The position numbers and the translations under genes were made by a program. The notes below the pieces were generated by a model that saw only the letters and a program-made list of their open reading frames with translations, was not told where the DNA came from and did not search any database. A stretch of 64,000 nucleotides of DNA from Eledone cirrhosa (lineage: Eukaryota), in the NCBI GenBank assembly GCA_964016885.1, contig OZ024740.1:24242001-24306000 (forward strand). The letters run 5' to 3'. Positions 39,335 to 54,358 of this stretch are shown piece by piece. Within the stretch, counting starts at the first letter, position 1; each line of letters begins with the position of its first letter.

Positions 39335-39644
39335 TACATGAGTGTGTGTATATGCTTCTGTCTGTGTATAGTATAGGTAACACAAATTATTTATATTAAA
39401 AAAAACCTAAGCATGCAATACTGTTTATTCATATTTATGTGGCAGTTAGACATTTTTATTTGTTATTGAATACAGTCCTGAAAATTCGTGAGATAATTGG
39501 TTCATGCAAAGTAAATAGCGAAAAAATATTTTCCAACCAAAAATGAAAGAAAACACGAAAGGAACAAAACGGCTATTAAAATATATGTGTGGTTCTCCCA
39601 ATATGTAGTGCTTCTGTTAATGTTCTATCTACATCTACGAATTT

Positions 39645-39895
39645 ACAGTTCCCCACTAAATAATGATTATGTTAAGATTTCATCTCCCTCTGTCCTTCAG
39701 TTCCCCACTAAATAATGATTATGTTAAGTTTACATCTACCTCTGTCTTACTATTGCCCAGAACATAATGCTCATGTTAAGATTTCATCTACCTCTGTCCT
39801 ACAGTTCCCCACTATATAATGATTATGTTAAGTTTATATCTCTTTGTATCTCTTTTACACAAAACATAATGCTCAAGTTAAATTTTCATGTTAAA
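39645..39895. repeat. ~52-bp minisatellite (about 5 units)
   Basis: CAGTTCCCCACTAAATAATGATTATGTTAAG recurs. Confidence 0.85.
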
Positions 39896-39916
39896 TTTTT
39901 CTCTCCATCATCGTCT

Positions 39917-40175
39917 GTGTGTGTGTGTGTGTGTGTGTGATAGCTCCCACCTGTGCAGGTTTAGCTGGCCTCCTGCAAGGTATATATCGTTGGAGGTGTA
40001 TTAAGTGATTTAATGATAGGGACCCCAGTGCTATCATCTCATTTCTACAGCTGAGTAAACTGGAGCAACGTGAAATAAAGTGTCTTGCTCAAGGAAACAA
40101 CACATCACTCGGTCTGAGAATTCACAACATTTCGATTGCAAGCCCAATGCTCTGACCACTAAGCCGTGCGCCTTC
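39917..40175 (-). mobile_element. CORE-like SINE family B with target-site duplication CATCATCGTCT
   Basis: Duplication at 39906-39916 and 40175-40185. (CA)n tail. Confidence 0.85.
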
Positions 40176-40269
40176 ATCATCGTCTACCACCATAATACAC
40201 TTTCTACCATGTAGTTCTTGGGGGACATTTAACACTCATTCCAAATAGATCACCTAAAAGCCCATACCA

Positions 40270-41020
40270 AATAAAACAGATGAATAGACCACATAATAGA
40301 CCGGATATAATAGACTATATCAAACAACCCAGTTAAAATAGAATGGAAATATAGTTCAAATAGACCAGTATAAATAGACCAGATACATAGACTTGATCAA
40401 TTAGACCGCATAAAGAGACCAGATACATAGACTTGATTAATTAGACTGGATAAATGGATCAGATACATAGACTTGATTAATTAGACTACATAAATAGATC
40501 AGATACATAGACTTGATTGATTAGACTGGATAAATAGATCAGATACATAGACTTGATCAATTAGACCGGATAAATAGACCAGACTAAATAAACTTGAATT
40601 AACACGTAGACCATATTATATAGAACTTAATCAGTGTACCACATACAACGGACCAGAACAGAGCAGTTAAACCTACAATATTAAAGAGATCAGGTAAATA
40701 GAATGTATCAAATAGACCAATGCAAATAGTCCAGATCACTTAAACCAGAAGTAAGAGACCAGATAAAATATAACAGATGTAATAGATTAGAAAACGGACC
40801 AGATTGAATAAACCAGTTCAATAAACCAGATTAACTACACCAGATCAGTAGACTTGGTAAACAAACCAAATGAACTATATCAGGTAAATAGACAAGATAG
40901 ACATGAGATCAAATAGACCATATTAAATAGATCAGTTTGAATAGACCAATCCTCATAGAGCAGGGTAAAACGATATGATATCTTAGATCACATCAAAGAC
41001 AGCAGATCTGAGCGGATCAG
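40270..41020. repeat. Degenerate 10-bp (ATAGACCAGA) satellite with a 40-bp higher-order unit
   Basis: AGATACATAGACTTGAT.AATTAGAC recurs with a 40-bp period across 40381-40580. Confidence 0.85.
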
Positions 41021-41427
41021 ATTAGTGGGACCAATATAGCAGCAAAGAAACATGTAAGTTGAACAGCAATTCGATTCTACAACAGGAAACAATAATATAA
41101 ACGAGATTATACAAACTATACGGGTTGGTGGTGCTCCAACATGGCCTGGAGCTGAATCTTATGTTAGTTCTCATGAACGAATCTGATTTTTCTAAATAAT
41201 GAATTTCATTAATTCTGTGTGTATCATGGAGGTCTTTTCTAATTGAATGAGATAGCCAGCTGGTTGTGGCTGTGTATTCCTGGGGTGTTCCAGTTGTCTC
41301 TCTCACTGTATTACACTAATCAGTTTATCTAATCAATATTTACAAATGGGGAAATCCTCTACCCGGTAGTGCAACTTGCTAGAAATAACGGACATATCTC
41401 GCTCAAATCTCACTCTGCAATATTAAT

Positions 41428-41606
41428 TGTTTCTACTTTTGGCACAAGGCCAGCAATTACCCAGCGTATTACTGGTACTTTATTTTATCGACCCTGTAAG
41501 GATGAAAGGCAAAGTTAACCTCGCGGGATTTGAACTCAGACCATAAAGGGACGTAACTATGCTGGAAAGCATGCGTCCGACCCTCTACCGATACTGCCAA
41601 TCCCCC
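41428..41606 (-). mobile_element. SINE family A with target-site duplication AATATTAAT
   Basis: Same body as 9319-9503. Confidence 0.9.
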
Positions 41607-42200
41607 GAATATTAATGCGGGTGGGATATATCGGATAATTTAGATCTAGAAGTGCTCCTTGTTTAACAAATAAATGATACAGCGTGGCCTAAACGAGTGA
41701 TTGTCTGAAAATACAAAACAAACATGTGATAATATAGCCAGAGAAACATTAAATAATAGACTGGGTGGTCATAGTTGGAACGTCATTTCTGATTTATGTA
41801 GCCTATCATGTCATATAAACAGTAAAGTAAGTATATTTATATCAACGTATCCTACATAACATTTCTTGTGAAATCTAGTTGCTATTTCTTGTAGATCGGA
41901 AAAATACGAGTAAGAAATTCGCTTCCCATTCGGACAATATGCAAATTTCTTCTCAGCCTGTCTACCCGTAATTAGCAAATATATACATGCACATATATAC
42001 ACCTCTGATACGAATAATACCGTATTTATTACAAGTTAGTAGCATATATATATATATACATAACGATACAAATACAAACATGACATGACCACATATATTT
42101 CGCAACCGCATACACATAATTATTGTTATGTAACTAGCAAAATATATAAATGTTTACAAACACAAACACACACACATATACACACACACAAACACACACA

Positions 42201-42289
<89 letters not shown>

Positions 42290-42654
42290 ATATCTAATAA
42301 ATAAAAATTAACATTATTCAAATACACACGAATATATACAAGTATATTTATACACATTTATTTAGAGTTTCCCCCACGAGATCAATACAGTGCTAACTAA
42401 AAAAATGCAAGACATTCATATATATATTTATGTATCTTTAAATATCTATCAGTCTGTCTGTCTATCTATCTATTTGTACATTTTTTCGGGGTGTGTACAA
42501 CCCCTGTGTAACACCTCCCCCCTATTGGGGATTTCAATTGTTATTTGTTATTTTATTAATAGTTTGATTTTCATATACCTGTCTGTAAACTCCCCATTTG
42601 TATTTGTCCCCTTCTTTTGTGCTCTTGCGGCTAATAAAGAAATGTATCTGTTTC

Positions 42655-42697
<43 letters not shown>

Positions 42698-42730
42698 GTC
42701 TATCTAGTTCTCTCTCTCACACCCTGTCTC

Positions 42731-42813
<83 letters not shown>

Positions 42814-42839
42814 ATATGTGTATATATATATATATAAAT

Positions 42840-42915
<76 letters not shown>

Positions 42916-42984
42916 ATATGTTCACATATCATACACATACATATTTATATATATATATATATAGGTTCCGTTTTCTCAGCTACA

Positions 42985-43024
<40 letters not shown>

Positions 43025-43753
43025 AATATGTAGCTCCGAAACCGAACCCATGTTATAGGCCACTAGATAAAATTAATCAGACCCCACTGACAAACATCAA
43101 AGAACTACTCTGTGTATGCCGCAAACCATGTTATTCCATTTCCCAAGAATTAACCAAAGGTATGTCAGTTTGTGCACCACACTATAGAACACACCATACC
43201 TCATGATGGAAAAAATACGTACACATAATATGCCCATGGTGCACACACTACACATACATACATACATACATATATACATACATTCATACGTACGTAATAC
43301 ATACATTTTAATACATAAATACATACATATATGCATACATGCATGCATACATACAGATAAACACATATGCATACATACACATACATACTTTTATACCTAC
43401 ATAGATACATTCATAAACACATATACATACTTGTATACAAACTCATACATAGATAGATACATACATCCATATACAAACACACACATACATACATAGAAAC
43501 AGAAAACATACATACACACATACATACATATACATAAACACATATACATACTTGTATACAAACACATACATACATAGATATATACATCCATATACAAACA
43601 TACATATACATATATAGAAACATAGAAATACATACATACATACACACATACATATACATACACACACATGCATACATACATACATGCATTCATCCATACA
43701 TAGACATATACAGACATACACACACACACATACATACATACATACATATACAT

Positions 43754-43800
<47 letters not shown>

Positions 43801-44534
43801 TACATGCTTCCATACATAGACATATACATACATATACTCACTTACATACATACAGACACATATTCATCCATACATAGACATTTACATACATACATTCACA
43901 CACATACATGCATACATTCATACATACATACATAGACACATACATACACATACATACACACATATTCACATACATAGAGGTAGACACAAGACAGAGTGTG
44001 CACGTATAAAAATGGCGGAAGGCCTATCTATTTAATCTATCTTCATCTTGGTTTATCCTACTAATATTGTTTCCTTAAACTTTCAATTAGATCTCTTTAC
44101 CGTTCTCACAGGCAACCATTTTTTTTTCTCATACAATGACGTGTTCCAGTCATTACCCCGGCAGCCGTAAACCCTCCCTCTATTTCTCTTTTAGATATAT
44201 GTTTGTGTATGTATTATGTATGTATGTATATATGTATTATGTATGTATGTATGTATGTATGTATGTATGTATGTATGTATGTATGTATGTATGTATGTAT
44301 GTATTATGTATGTATGTATGTTATGTATGTATGTATGTATGTATGTATGTATGTATGTATGTATGTATGTATGTATGTATTATGTATGTATATGTGTATT
44401 ATGTATGTATGTATGTTATGTATGTTCTTCTGGTTTTATAATTTCACAAATTTGTTCCCAATAAAGAGCGAGTCGGTTTCTAACATAGACTCAAGACTCA
44501 TGTATGTATGTATGTATGTATGTATGTATGTATG

Positions 44535-44565
<31 letters not shown>

Positions 44566-44688
44566 GTATTTATGTATGTATGTATGTGTATGTATGTATG
44601 TATGTATATGTCTATGTATGGATGAATATGTGTCTGTATGTAAATGAGTATATGTATGAATATGTCTATGTATGGAAGCATGTATGTA

Positions 44689-44719
<31 letters not shown>

Positions 44720-45533
44720 ATGTCTATGTATAAATGTATGTATGTATGTGTGTGTATGTCTGTATACATCTATGTATGGATGAATGCATGTATGTATGTA
44801 TGTGTGTGTGTTGGTATGTATGTATGTCCGTCTGTATGTATGTATATACGTATGTATGTATGCATGTATATATGTATGTATGTTTGTTTCTATGTGTGGG
44901 TATAGTGTGGTGTGCGGTCGCCGGAAGCTGGGGAGTGCTCGACCGGAAGAGTGCCCGACCGGAATGGCCAGCAGGTCGGCCTCTCTCTAGCGGTGATCAA
45001 ACGTGTATGTATATTTGCATATAAATATATACACACGCACATATATATATATACATGCACACACACACACACACACTCACTCACACACACATATATATAT
45101 GTATATTTATGTATATATAAACTCATATATGCATGTGTCTGTATAACTGCCTGTTTTTTTATGTCTGTCTATGTCCCGGTCTCCTCCCCCCTCTCTCTCT
45201 ATCTATCTCTTTACACATACCGTATTTGTCTAATTACATACAAGTATCTATACAGGTGTACATACAAAAATATAAAGACGTTTACACACATACGCCCGTA
45301 TATACACAAGCACACACACTCATACTCTTATTTCGCTTATTTGGCTCTGGTGGGTAGTGGCTTCTTAACAATCGTCTCAGTTTGTATGACCTTTTTAACT
45401 TATGTTTATAGCTCTGCTATCTTCTTCGTATCCATGGAGCGCTTGTCTACATATTACGGAAATTGCGTTTCGCTAATTTCTACCCGCCGAAATACGATTC
45501 TCGCTAAATTTATAATTAAATATACATATATAT

Positions 45534-45614
<81 letters not shown>

Positions 45615-45658
45615 TAAACAAATAATGAATAAACAATTCCTTATATTAAACATAAAAA

Positions 45659-45813
45659 TTCATTATTTAACGATCGTTTCTAGGGTATATATGTGTTATA
45701 ATTGGTATGCATATTCAACAGATCTATGTACAAAATTATACAAAATTATACAAATTATCAAGATTAAATATACATACCTAACACATATATACGCCGTCTT
45801 CAGAAATAATGAA
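45659..45813 (-). ncRNA. Type I HHR with 116-nt rod-like stem II (3' pLTR)
   Basis: Reverse complement of 57467-57621. Confidence 0.88.
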
Positions 45814-46638
45814 GTATATTTATTGATAATAACAACAATTCAAAATATCAGTTCAAAATTGACCAATGAAAACACAAAAGGGTTAAAAGCAGTTCGGTGT
45901 GTGTATATACATGTAAAATCCTTACACATATTTTACAAAAATGTGTGTATAATTTGTATACGCATACTAAAAAGATGGATGCAAACACAAAATTTCAAGG
46001 TTAATATCTCTGTAAGCTTAATGCGCTGATAAGATGCGCATTGATACTTATGGAGTCAAGCATATAAATATATTTTTTCATACTCACACATATCAGTATA
46101 ATCACACATACATGCGCGTATATGCATAAATATACACATAACCACGAACATACAAACACACACACTCCCCCACTCACATTTATATATGTGGATATAAAAT
46201 CATAAGCACATAGAAATTAAATCACTCACATAAAACACTGGCACACACATTTCAAGATCAAGATACAGAAATTAGGTGGGAGGGGGGGAGGGGTCAGTAT
46301 TCAATTGTCTGAGCAGACTGCCTAATATAAATGTATCTATAAATTAAGAAAAATAAAAAAAATAAAACAATAAAATATAATAACTATAATATAATATATA
46401 TACACATACAGATATATAAACACACATACATACATGTACGCACACATAGAGATATTTACGCATACACCCATACACACATACATATACAGTCATACACACA
46501 CATACACTTACACGAACATACACATACACATATAAAAAGATATATATATACACACACACACACGCGCAACACATACACACATACACATATATATAAAAAA
46601 AATAGATAATAAAGATATATATCCCTATATATATAAAT

Positions 46639-46687
<49 letters not shown>

Positions 46688-47010
46688 TATATACATACAT
46701 ATACATATACATACACATACATCTAAATATACATACACATACATACACACATACATGTACATACATGTACATACATATGCACCTACTTATACTCATATAT
46801 ATAAATACATACGCTTCCATAAATGTGTATATACATAAAAAACAATACAACCTCACCAAACTCAGACATACAAATAAAGATAATAATAAAAAATAATAAT
46901 AAAAAGGCATATGTATATACATACACACACGCATTAATAGATATATATATATATATATACACATACATACACATATATATATACATACACACACACATAT
47001 ATACACACAC

Positions 47011-47051
<41 letters not shown>

Positions 47052-47061
47052 CACATAGACT

Positions 47062-47098
<37 letters not shown>

Positions 47099-47547
47099 AT
47101 ATATATCCACACACACATACCACCATAAAAACACATACAAACACCCACATGTATATATATTTATATATATATATATCCATATACACACACGTACATATAT
47201 ATACATATATATACATACATATATATATATACACACACACACATAAAAAACAGACATGCACATATATATATATATATATATATATTTTATTACTCTTATA
47301 TATACACATATTATATATACATACACAACCTCACTTATACACATATACACATAAGTTATATTATAATAATAAAGAATAATATACATATATATATATACAT
47401 ATACATATATATATATGTATATATATACATACATACATACACATACATACATACACATAAACATATACATACATAAATACATACATACTAATAAAGACAT
47501 ATATTCACACATAGACACCTATATATATATATATATATATATATATC

Positions 47548-47598
<51 letters not shown>

Positions 47599-48748
47599 AC
47601 ACACACACACACACACAGACACACATACACACTCACATATATATATATATATATATGTGTATGTGTGTGTGCGCACATACACATATATACACACACACAT
47701 ACAAACACACACAAACACATACATATGCATACGTGCACACACACACACATATATCACATAGATACGAAGATAAACATATAAATAGAGAGACATACATATA
47801 TATACACAACACACATACACATACATACATACACGCATATACATATACATACATATATACACATATATATATTCATATATATACAAGCATACACATACAT
47901 ACACATATATACACATACATACACATATACATACAACACATTCACATACACACACATATATAATGCATATATATACATATATATACATACATATGTATGT
48001 ACAATCATATATACACACACAATCTTACATTCATATTTGCATGCTCATATATGTATTTCTATATTTAGATATAAATACCCAAACCTATATAGACACCTAC
48101 CTACATATATATTCATACATAGACGCTTACAAATACAGATGATAATAGTATGGGGGAAAGGGGGGGTTTGGAGAAGGGGATCAAAGTAAATATATGTTTC
48201 AAGAAACATATAATATTTTCCGTATCTTAATTCAATGTATGTTCTTACATACTTTCAGTGCTAGGAAATACGAAATCTATGCATCTCAAAATAAATAAGT
48301 ATACCATTAATCATATGCTAACTAAACCAAAGATAGCCAACATATTGATTTCTAAGGTGTAAATTAGTTAGGTTTATAATATTTGAAGCAGAATTTTGAA
48401 GTCAAACAGTAGTAGATTATTAATTACAGTATAACTAAATTAAAGTTAATAACGTTATGGTATCAATATTAGGAGATGAATTTAGTAATAGGGAAAAGAA
48501 ACCCAAATAAAAATAAAATAAAATAAAGTATTACATCGGTAGTAGCATATAAATTATATGTTAACTAAATTAAAAATTATATATTTATTACAATAGTATA
48601 CGTTAATTAGTATATGTTAATTAGGTATACAATACATAAAGCAGATATTGTATTTCATCAATAGCATAATATAATTATATGCAAATAGAAATCAAAATTA
48701 ATACGCATACATATACATATACATACACACACACATATACATACATAT

Positions 48749-48789
<41 letters not shown>

Positions 48790-49324
48790 CACATATACAC
48801 ATACATACATACATACAGATACACATACACAACACACACATATACATACACATATACATATACATATCTTTTTCAAAAAATTGCACAGAATATATTAACT
48901 AGGTATATATCCAAAACACATCCCATTCTATGATTACATGACATTCTGCAATTCGTCTGTATAAGGATACTAATTTTAAGCAAATTAAAATTAAAATTTT
49001 TAGGTTGATTAAAACTAAAACCAAATAATAAATATATTTCCAAAATGTATATTAATTATGTCTATAATACTAAAAATTATTTCTCCGTCATTGGAAACAT
49101 GATATTATTTTGCTATATTTTATCTGTAAAAGAATTATAATAAAAGGTTTAAATAAATTAAAATTAATCTATAAATTAAATTACTAAGTATATATTAGTA
49201 ATATTTAAAGGTTTTTCACAATTTATGATTACATAATATTTTCTCATCTGTAATAAAATATTAATTAAATTAAATTTATAGGTTAACTAACATTTAAATT
49301 AAATTAATTTCTAGAATAATGTTA

Positions 49325-51766
49325 TTAATTAGGTTTATAATATTTAAATGTTTTTTTTAGTTTATGATTACACGATATAATTAATTCCTGTCGTTTATTT
49401 AATAAGATATCCTTAGACTTCATTATTTCAAATAGTTCTTGGGAACATAATCTACATTCCTTTCTATTATTTTGATAAGGGGTGGCTCTTTTGAGCACAC
49501 TCCAGGTCAAATCATATTTTATATTCTTATTTTTATAACTATTAATTTTTTCTGCTAGAGATGTTGTATTAGCCAGTGCGGCATTTTTAAAACTATGCTT
49601 GTGGGTATTAAACCTTGTCTTAAAATTGTTAGAGGTAGCTCCTATATATGAGCAAATAGAATCTTTAGTTTTAACATTACATTTATAGACTATGTTGTTA
49701 ACAAGACAATTCCCTTTTAATGGGCAGTTTGTTTTGTTTCTACAGTTACATCCTTTCGTTAATTCTGTATTTGAGGAGATATTATTGTTAATTTGATGTA
49801 CTGGTGGTATACTTATGGTTTTCTTACATTTATATGCATTATATGCACTTATATTTTGTTTTATGTTATTTGTTGTAGAGTATGAGAATTTAACTGTAGA
49901 CCTATTTAAGATTTGATGGTATTTGTGGTTTGGCGGGAAGTTTTTCTCAAGGATATAAAAAAATTTTTTAGCAATATTATCCTTAACTTGTAAATTAAAA
50001 GGAGCATTATACCAAGTAACTCGTCTATTACGGTTTCTATGTTGTTTATTATTTTTATTATTTTTATAGGTTGTATCATGATTTTTACTAGGAGGATTAA
50101 TGTTAATGATCTCACCACAACTATTTTTAGTTATATTTGTAGATTTAGGTGTTTTATCTTTTTTATTAGGAGTTTTATTATTAATATTTATTATAGTTGT
50201 ATGATGAGTAGTTTTTTGAGGGTTACTATACTTTATATTAGAAGATTTAGTATTTTGGGGTATATTGTGGGTGGCATTTAGGTGTGTACTTTTCATTTGG
50301 TGTTTGTTGGTAATATTATGCTGTATGCTTTCAGTATTTTTAGTAGAAGGTATATACTCTAATCTATTTTTGTGGCCACTTCTATCTAGAGCTTCATTAT
50401 AAAAGGTCGCATTTTTATCAAATACATCTTGGTTAGAAGAAAGGTTAGAAATTCTAAGTGATATATTATATGCAAGGTTTTTAAGGATAGATTTAGGGTG
50501 ATTAGATTGTGAGTGTATGTAATGTAAGTTTTGGTTAGGTTTATGGTAAGGTTGGTATATACCCGTAGCTAAATCTAAAGTTATATCTAGGAAATTTACT
50601 ACTTTACTTGTTTTTTCAAAAGTAATATTAAGATTATAATAGTCTTTAAGGAAAGTTCTAATATGTTTTTTGTTTTTTTCGATTTCTGAAAGGCTAAGGT
50701 TGTTAGAAAGAAGAAGACAGTCATCACGATATAAACCACCTTTGAGGTGGGGAAAAGAGGCATTTATGTTGAAAAGGAGAAAGAGGCCCACAAGATCAGT
50801 AATTTGGGCGGAATCGCTTGAACCCATAGTAATATCAAAAAGATTACTGTATGTGTTTCTGGTCCAGTATTCATTCTGAAATTCAATAAGTGTTAGTCTA
50901 GCATGTGTAATAATGTTAATGTCATCCGAAGTTAAATTAGATCTATTTTTAGCAAATATTAATGCTTTGTTCAGGAGTATAGGTGATATAGAAGAATAGT
51001 AATTATCTATATCAAATTGTAGGAAAGAAGCAGAAGATTTACACCTAATATTTTTAAACCAGTTAATTACCTGGGAGGTGTTTTCCCAGAGTGGTAAAAT
51101 AACGTGTTTTCTTATTTGTGGGATGACTCTATCTAAAATTTTTTTGCTAATTATTCCAATATCTGATTTGGAGGGACATATAAGTCTAATAGAAGGATTA
51201 GAGTTAAAGTTAGATTTGTGATCTTTCAGGTTGAAGTGTGGTCTTTTCAATGCCAAAGGTTCAGTTCTATCTTCAATGTTTAGTTTTTTTACTATGTTGT
51301 GTGTTTTGTTGTTGATGTTGGTGAGTGACACATTATTAGATTTTTTATAATTTTTTCTGAGTTCTTTATATATGAACTCATTATAATGTTCAATATCCAT
51401 ATGATACAAGTTACCAGTTTTGTCCGAGTGGACATGGATTTTTTTAGACTTTTTTAGGTCCAATAGGGTAGAATCAAGGTCCTTTTGAAAGACGGATTTA
51501 TACTTTTTAAATTTGAGGTGTTTAATTAAATTAAAAAGGTCTTTCTCGAAGTCTTCAAGTAAAAAGTTGTGTGGTGGATTCTTGTAAGTATTGAAATCAT
51601 ACATATATTTCCGATCTGCTTTTTTAGATTTCCTATCGAAGTGGTAGGCTCTCCATCTAACCCTTCTGATAAAATTATTAGTTTTCTGAATCATAAGGAG
51701 TAAGAAGTCGTCCTTAGAAGGTATTGGTATGTTTTTTAAGGAGGTTCCTAAATATTGTTTTTCCAT
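49325..51766 (-). CDS. Penelope-like (Naiad-type) reverse transcriptase / GIY-YIG endonuclease, ~813 aa
   Basis: Uninterrupted ORF from the first ATG: SLKNIPIP, DKTGN, LKDHK..P.IRLI, FDIDNYY, MGS.DSA, LYRDD, VNFLD, WYNAPF, CNCRNKTNCPLKGNC, NIVY..YIG, RF..H, CRLC..E, LLNKR.E..CNH. Confidence 0.95.
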   Translation of the reverse strand: MEKQYLGTSLKNIPIPSKDDFLLLMIQKTNNFIRRVRWRAYHFDRKSKKADRKYMYDFNTYKNPPHNFLLEDFEKDLFNLIKHLKFKKYKSVFQKDLDSTLLDLKKSKKIHVHSDKTGNLYHMDIEHYNEFIYKELRKNYKKSNNVSLTNINNKTHNIVKKLNIEDRTEPLALKRPHFNLKDHKSNFNSNPSIRLICPSKSDIGIISKKILDRVIPQIRKHVILPLWENTSQVINWFKNIRCKSSASFLQFDIDNYYSSISPILLNKALIFAKNRSNLTSDDINIITHARLTLIEFQNEYWTRNTYSNLFDITMGSSDSAQITDLVGLFLLFNINASFPHLKGGLYRDDCLLLSNNLSLSEIEKNKKHIRTFLKDYYNLNITFEKTSKVVNFLDITLDLATGIYQPYHKPNQNLHYIHSQSNHPKSILKNLAYNISLRISNLSSNQDVFDKNATFYNEALDRSGHKNRLEYIPSTKNTESIQHNITNKHQMKSTHLNATHNIPQNTKSSNIKYSNPQKTTHHTTIININNKTPNKKDKTPKSTNITKNSCGEIININPPSKNHDTTYKNNKNNKQHRNRNRRVTWYNAPFNLQVKDNIAKKFFYILEKNFPPNHKYHQILNRSTVKFSYSTTNNIKQNISAYNAYKCKKTISIPPVHQINNNISSNTELTKGCNCRNKTNCPLKGNCLVNNIVYKCNVKTKDSICSYIGATSNNFKTRFNTHKHSFKNAALANTTSLAEKINSYKNKNIKYDLTWSVLKRATPYQNNRKECRLCSQELFEIMKSKDILLNKRQELIISCNHKLKKTFKYYKPN

Positions 51767-52108
51767 TGTGATATGGATGATGGACAATTGAAAGAGCTCA
51801 ACTAAATGTATATGGGTTTACAAAATCATACATATATATATGTTTATACATAAATATAAAATTAATACACACATACAGTACAAAAATACGAATATTTCCG
51901 TGAAAATAGGAGCAAAATTATGTAGATAAATCTACCAAGAGTTTACGGTAGTGTCCAATCCGTATGAAGAACTCAATGTATTCCGGATATCATGGAAAGA
52001 AGAGATGCAATGAAAATCCACTTTCGGTGAAAGACAAACGGTATACAGAGTCAAGATAAAATATTAAACAAATAATGAATAAACAATTCCTTATATTAAA
52101 CATAAAAA

Positions 52109-52263
52109 TTCATTATTTAACGATCGTTTCTAGGGTATATATGTGTTATAATTGGTATGCATATTCAACAGATCTATGTACAAAATTATACAAAATTATA
52201 CAAATTATCAAGATTAAATATACATACCTAACACATATATACGCCGTCTTCAGAAATAATGAA
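52109..52263 (-). ncRNA. Type I HHR with 116-nt stem II (5' pLTR)
   Basis: Same sequence as 45659-45813, upstream of the ORF. Confidence 0.88.
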
Positions 52264-52624
52264 GTATATTTATTGATAATAACAACAATTCAAAATATCA
52301 GTTCAAAATTGACCAATGAAAACACAAAGGGTTAAAAGCAGTTCGGTGTGTGTATATACATGTAAAATCCTTACACATATTTTACAAAAATGTGTGTATA
52401 ATTTGTATACGCATACTAAAAAGATGGATGCAAACACAAAATTTCAAGGTTAATATCTCTGTAAGCTTAATGCGCTGATAAGATGCGCATTGATACTTAT
52501 GGAGTCAAGCATATAAATATATTTTTTCATACTCACACATATCAGTATAATCACACATACATGCGCGTATATGCATAAATATACACATAACCACGAACAT
52601 ACAAACACACACACTCCCCCACTC

Positions 52625-54317
52625 AAAAACCTTGCATATAATATATCACTTAGAATTTCTAACCTTTCTTCTAACCAAGATGTATTTGATAAAAATGCGA
52701 CCTTTTATAATGAAGCTCTAGATAGAAGTGGCCACAAAAATAGATTAGAGTATATACCTTCTACTAAAAATACTGAAAGCATACAGCATAATATTACCAA
52801 CAAACACCAAATGAAAAGTACACACCTAAATGCCACCCACAATATACCCCAAAATACTAAATCTTCTAATATAAAGTATAGTAACCCTCAAAAAACTACT
52901 CATCATACAACTATAATAAATATTAATAATAAAACTCCTAATAAAAAAGATAAAACACCTAAATCTACAAATATAACTAAAAATAGTTGTGGTGAGATCA
53001 TTAACATTAATCCTCCTAGTAAAAATCATGATACAACCTATAAAAATAATAAAAATAATAAACAACATAGAAACCGTAATAGACGAGTTACTTGGTATAA
53101 TGCTCCTTTTAATTTACAAGTTAAGGATAATATTGCTAAAAAATTTTTTTATATCCTTGAGAAAAACTTCCCGCCAAACCACAAATACCATCAAATCTTA
53201 AATAGGTCTACAGTTAAATTCTCATACTCTACAACAAATAACATAAAACAAAATATAAGTGCATATAATGCATATAAATGTAAGAAAACCATAAGTATAC
53301 CACCAGTACATCAAATTAACAATAATATCTCCTCAAATACAGAATTAACGAAAGGATGTAACTGTAGAAACAAAACAAACTGCCCATTAAAAGGGAATTG
53401 TCTTGTTAACAACATAGTCTATAAATGTAATGTTAAAACTAAAGATTCTATTTGCTCATATATAGGAGCTACCTCTAACAATTTTAAGACAAGGTTTAAT
53501 ACCCACAAGCATAGTTTTAAAAATGCCGCACTGGCTAATACAACATCTCTAGCAGAAAAAATTAATAGTTATAAAAATAAGAATATAAAATATGATTTGA
53601 CCTGGAGTGTGCTCAAAAGAGCCACCCCTTATCAAAATAATAGAAAGGAATGTAGATTATGTTCCCAAGAACTATTTGAAATAATGAAGTCTAAGGATAT
53701 CTTATTAAATAAACGACAGGAATTAATTATATCGTGTAATCATAAACTAAAAAAAACATTTAAATATTATAAACCTAATTAATAACATTATTCTAGAAAT
53801 TAATTTAATTTAAATGTTAGTTAACCTATAAATTTAATTTAATTAATATTTTATTACAGATGAGAAAATATTATGTAATCATAAATTGTGAAAAACCTTT
53901 AAATATTACTAATATATACTTAGTAATTTAATTTATAGATTAATTTTAATTTATTTAAACCTTTTATTATAATTCTTTTACAGATAAAATATAGCAAAAT
54001 AATATCATGTTTCCAATGACGGAGAAATAATTTTTAGTATTATAGACATAATTAATATACATTTTGGAAATATATTTATTATTTGGTTTTAGTTTTAATC
54101 AACCTAAAAATTTTAATTTTAATTTGCTTAAAATTAGTATCCTTATACAGACGAATTGCAGAATGTCATGTAATCATAGAATGGGATGTGTTTTGGATAT
54201 ATACCTAGTTAATATATTCTGTGCAATTTTTTGAAAAAGATATGTATATGTATATGTGTATGTATATGTGTGTGTTGTGTATGTGTATCTGTATGTATGT
54301 ATGTATGTGTATATGTG

Positions 54318-54358
<41 letters not shown>

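Larger units (their letters stand above)
45607..52624 (-). mobile_element. Full-length Naiad-type PLE with direct pLTRs (52057-52624 = 45607-46175)
   Basis: Intact ORF, ~3.7 kb microsatellite-rich 3' region, HHR in both pLTRs, and the 3' end in (TA)n. Confidence 0.95.

Noticed and set aside
40270-41020. Regularly spaced repeats resembling a CRISPR array
   Set aside because: Contiguous tandem satellite with no unique spacers, eukaryotic context and no cas genes.
52571-53782. 403-aa ORF as an independent nuclease gene
   Set aside because: It is the 5'-truncated inverted copy of the Naiad ORF fused by chance to antisense pLTR sequence.
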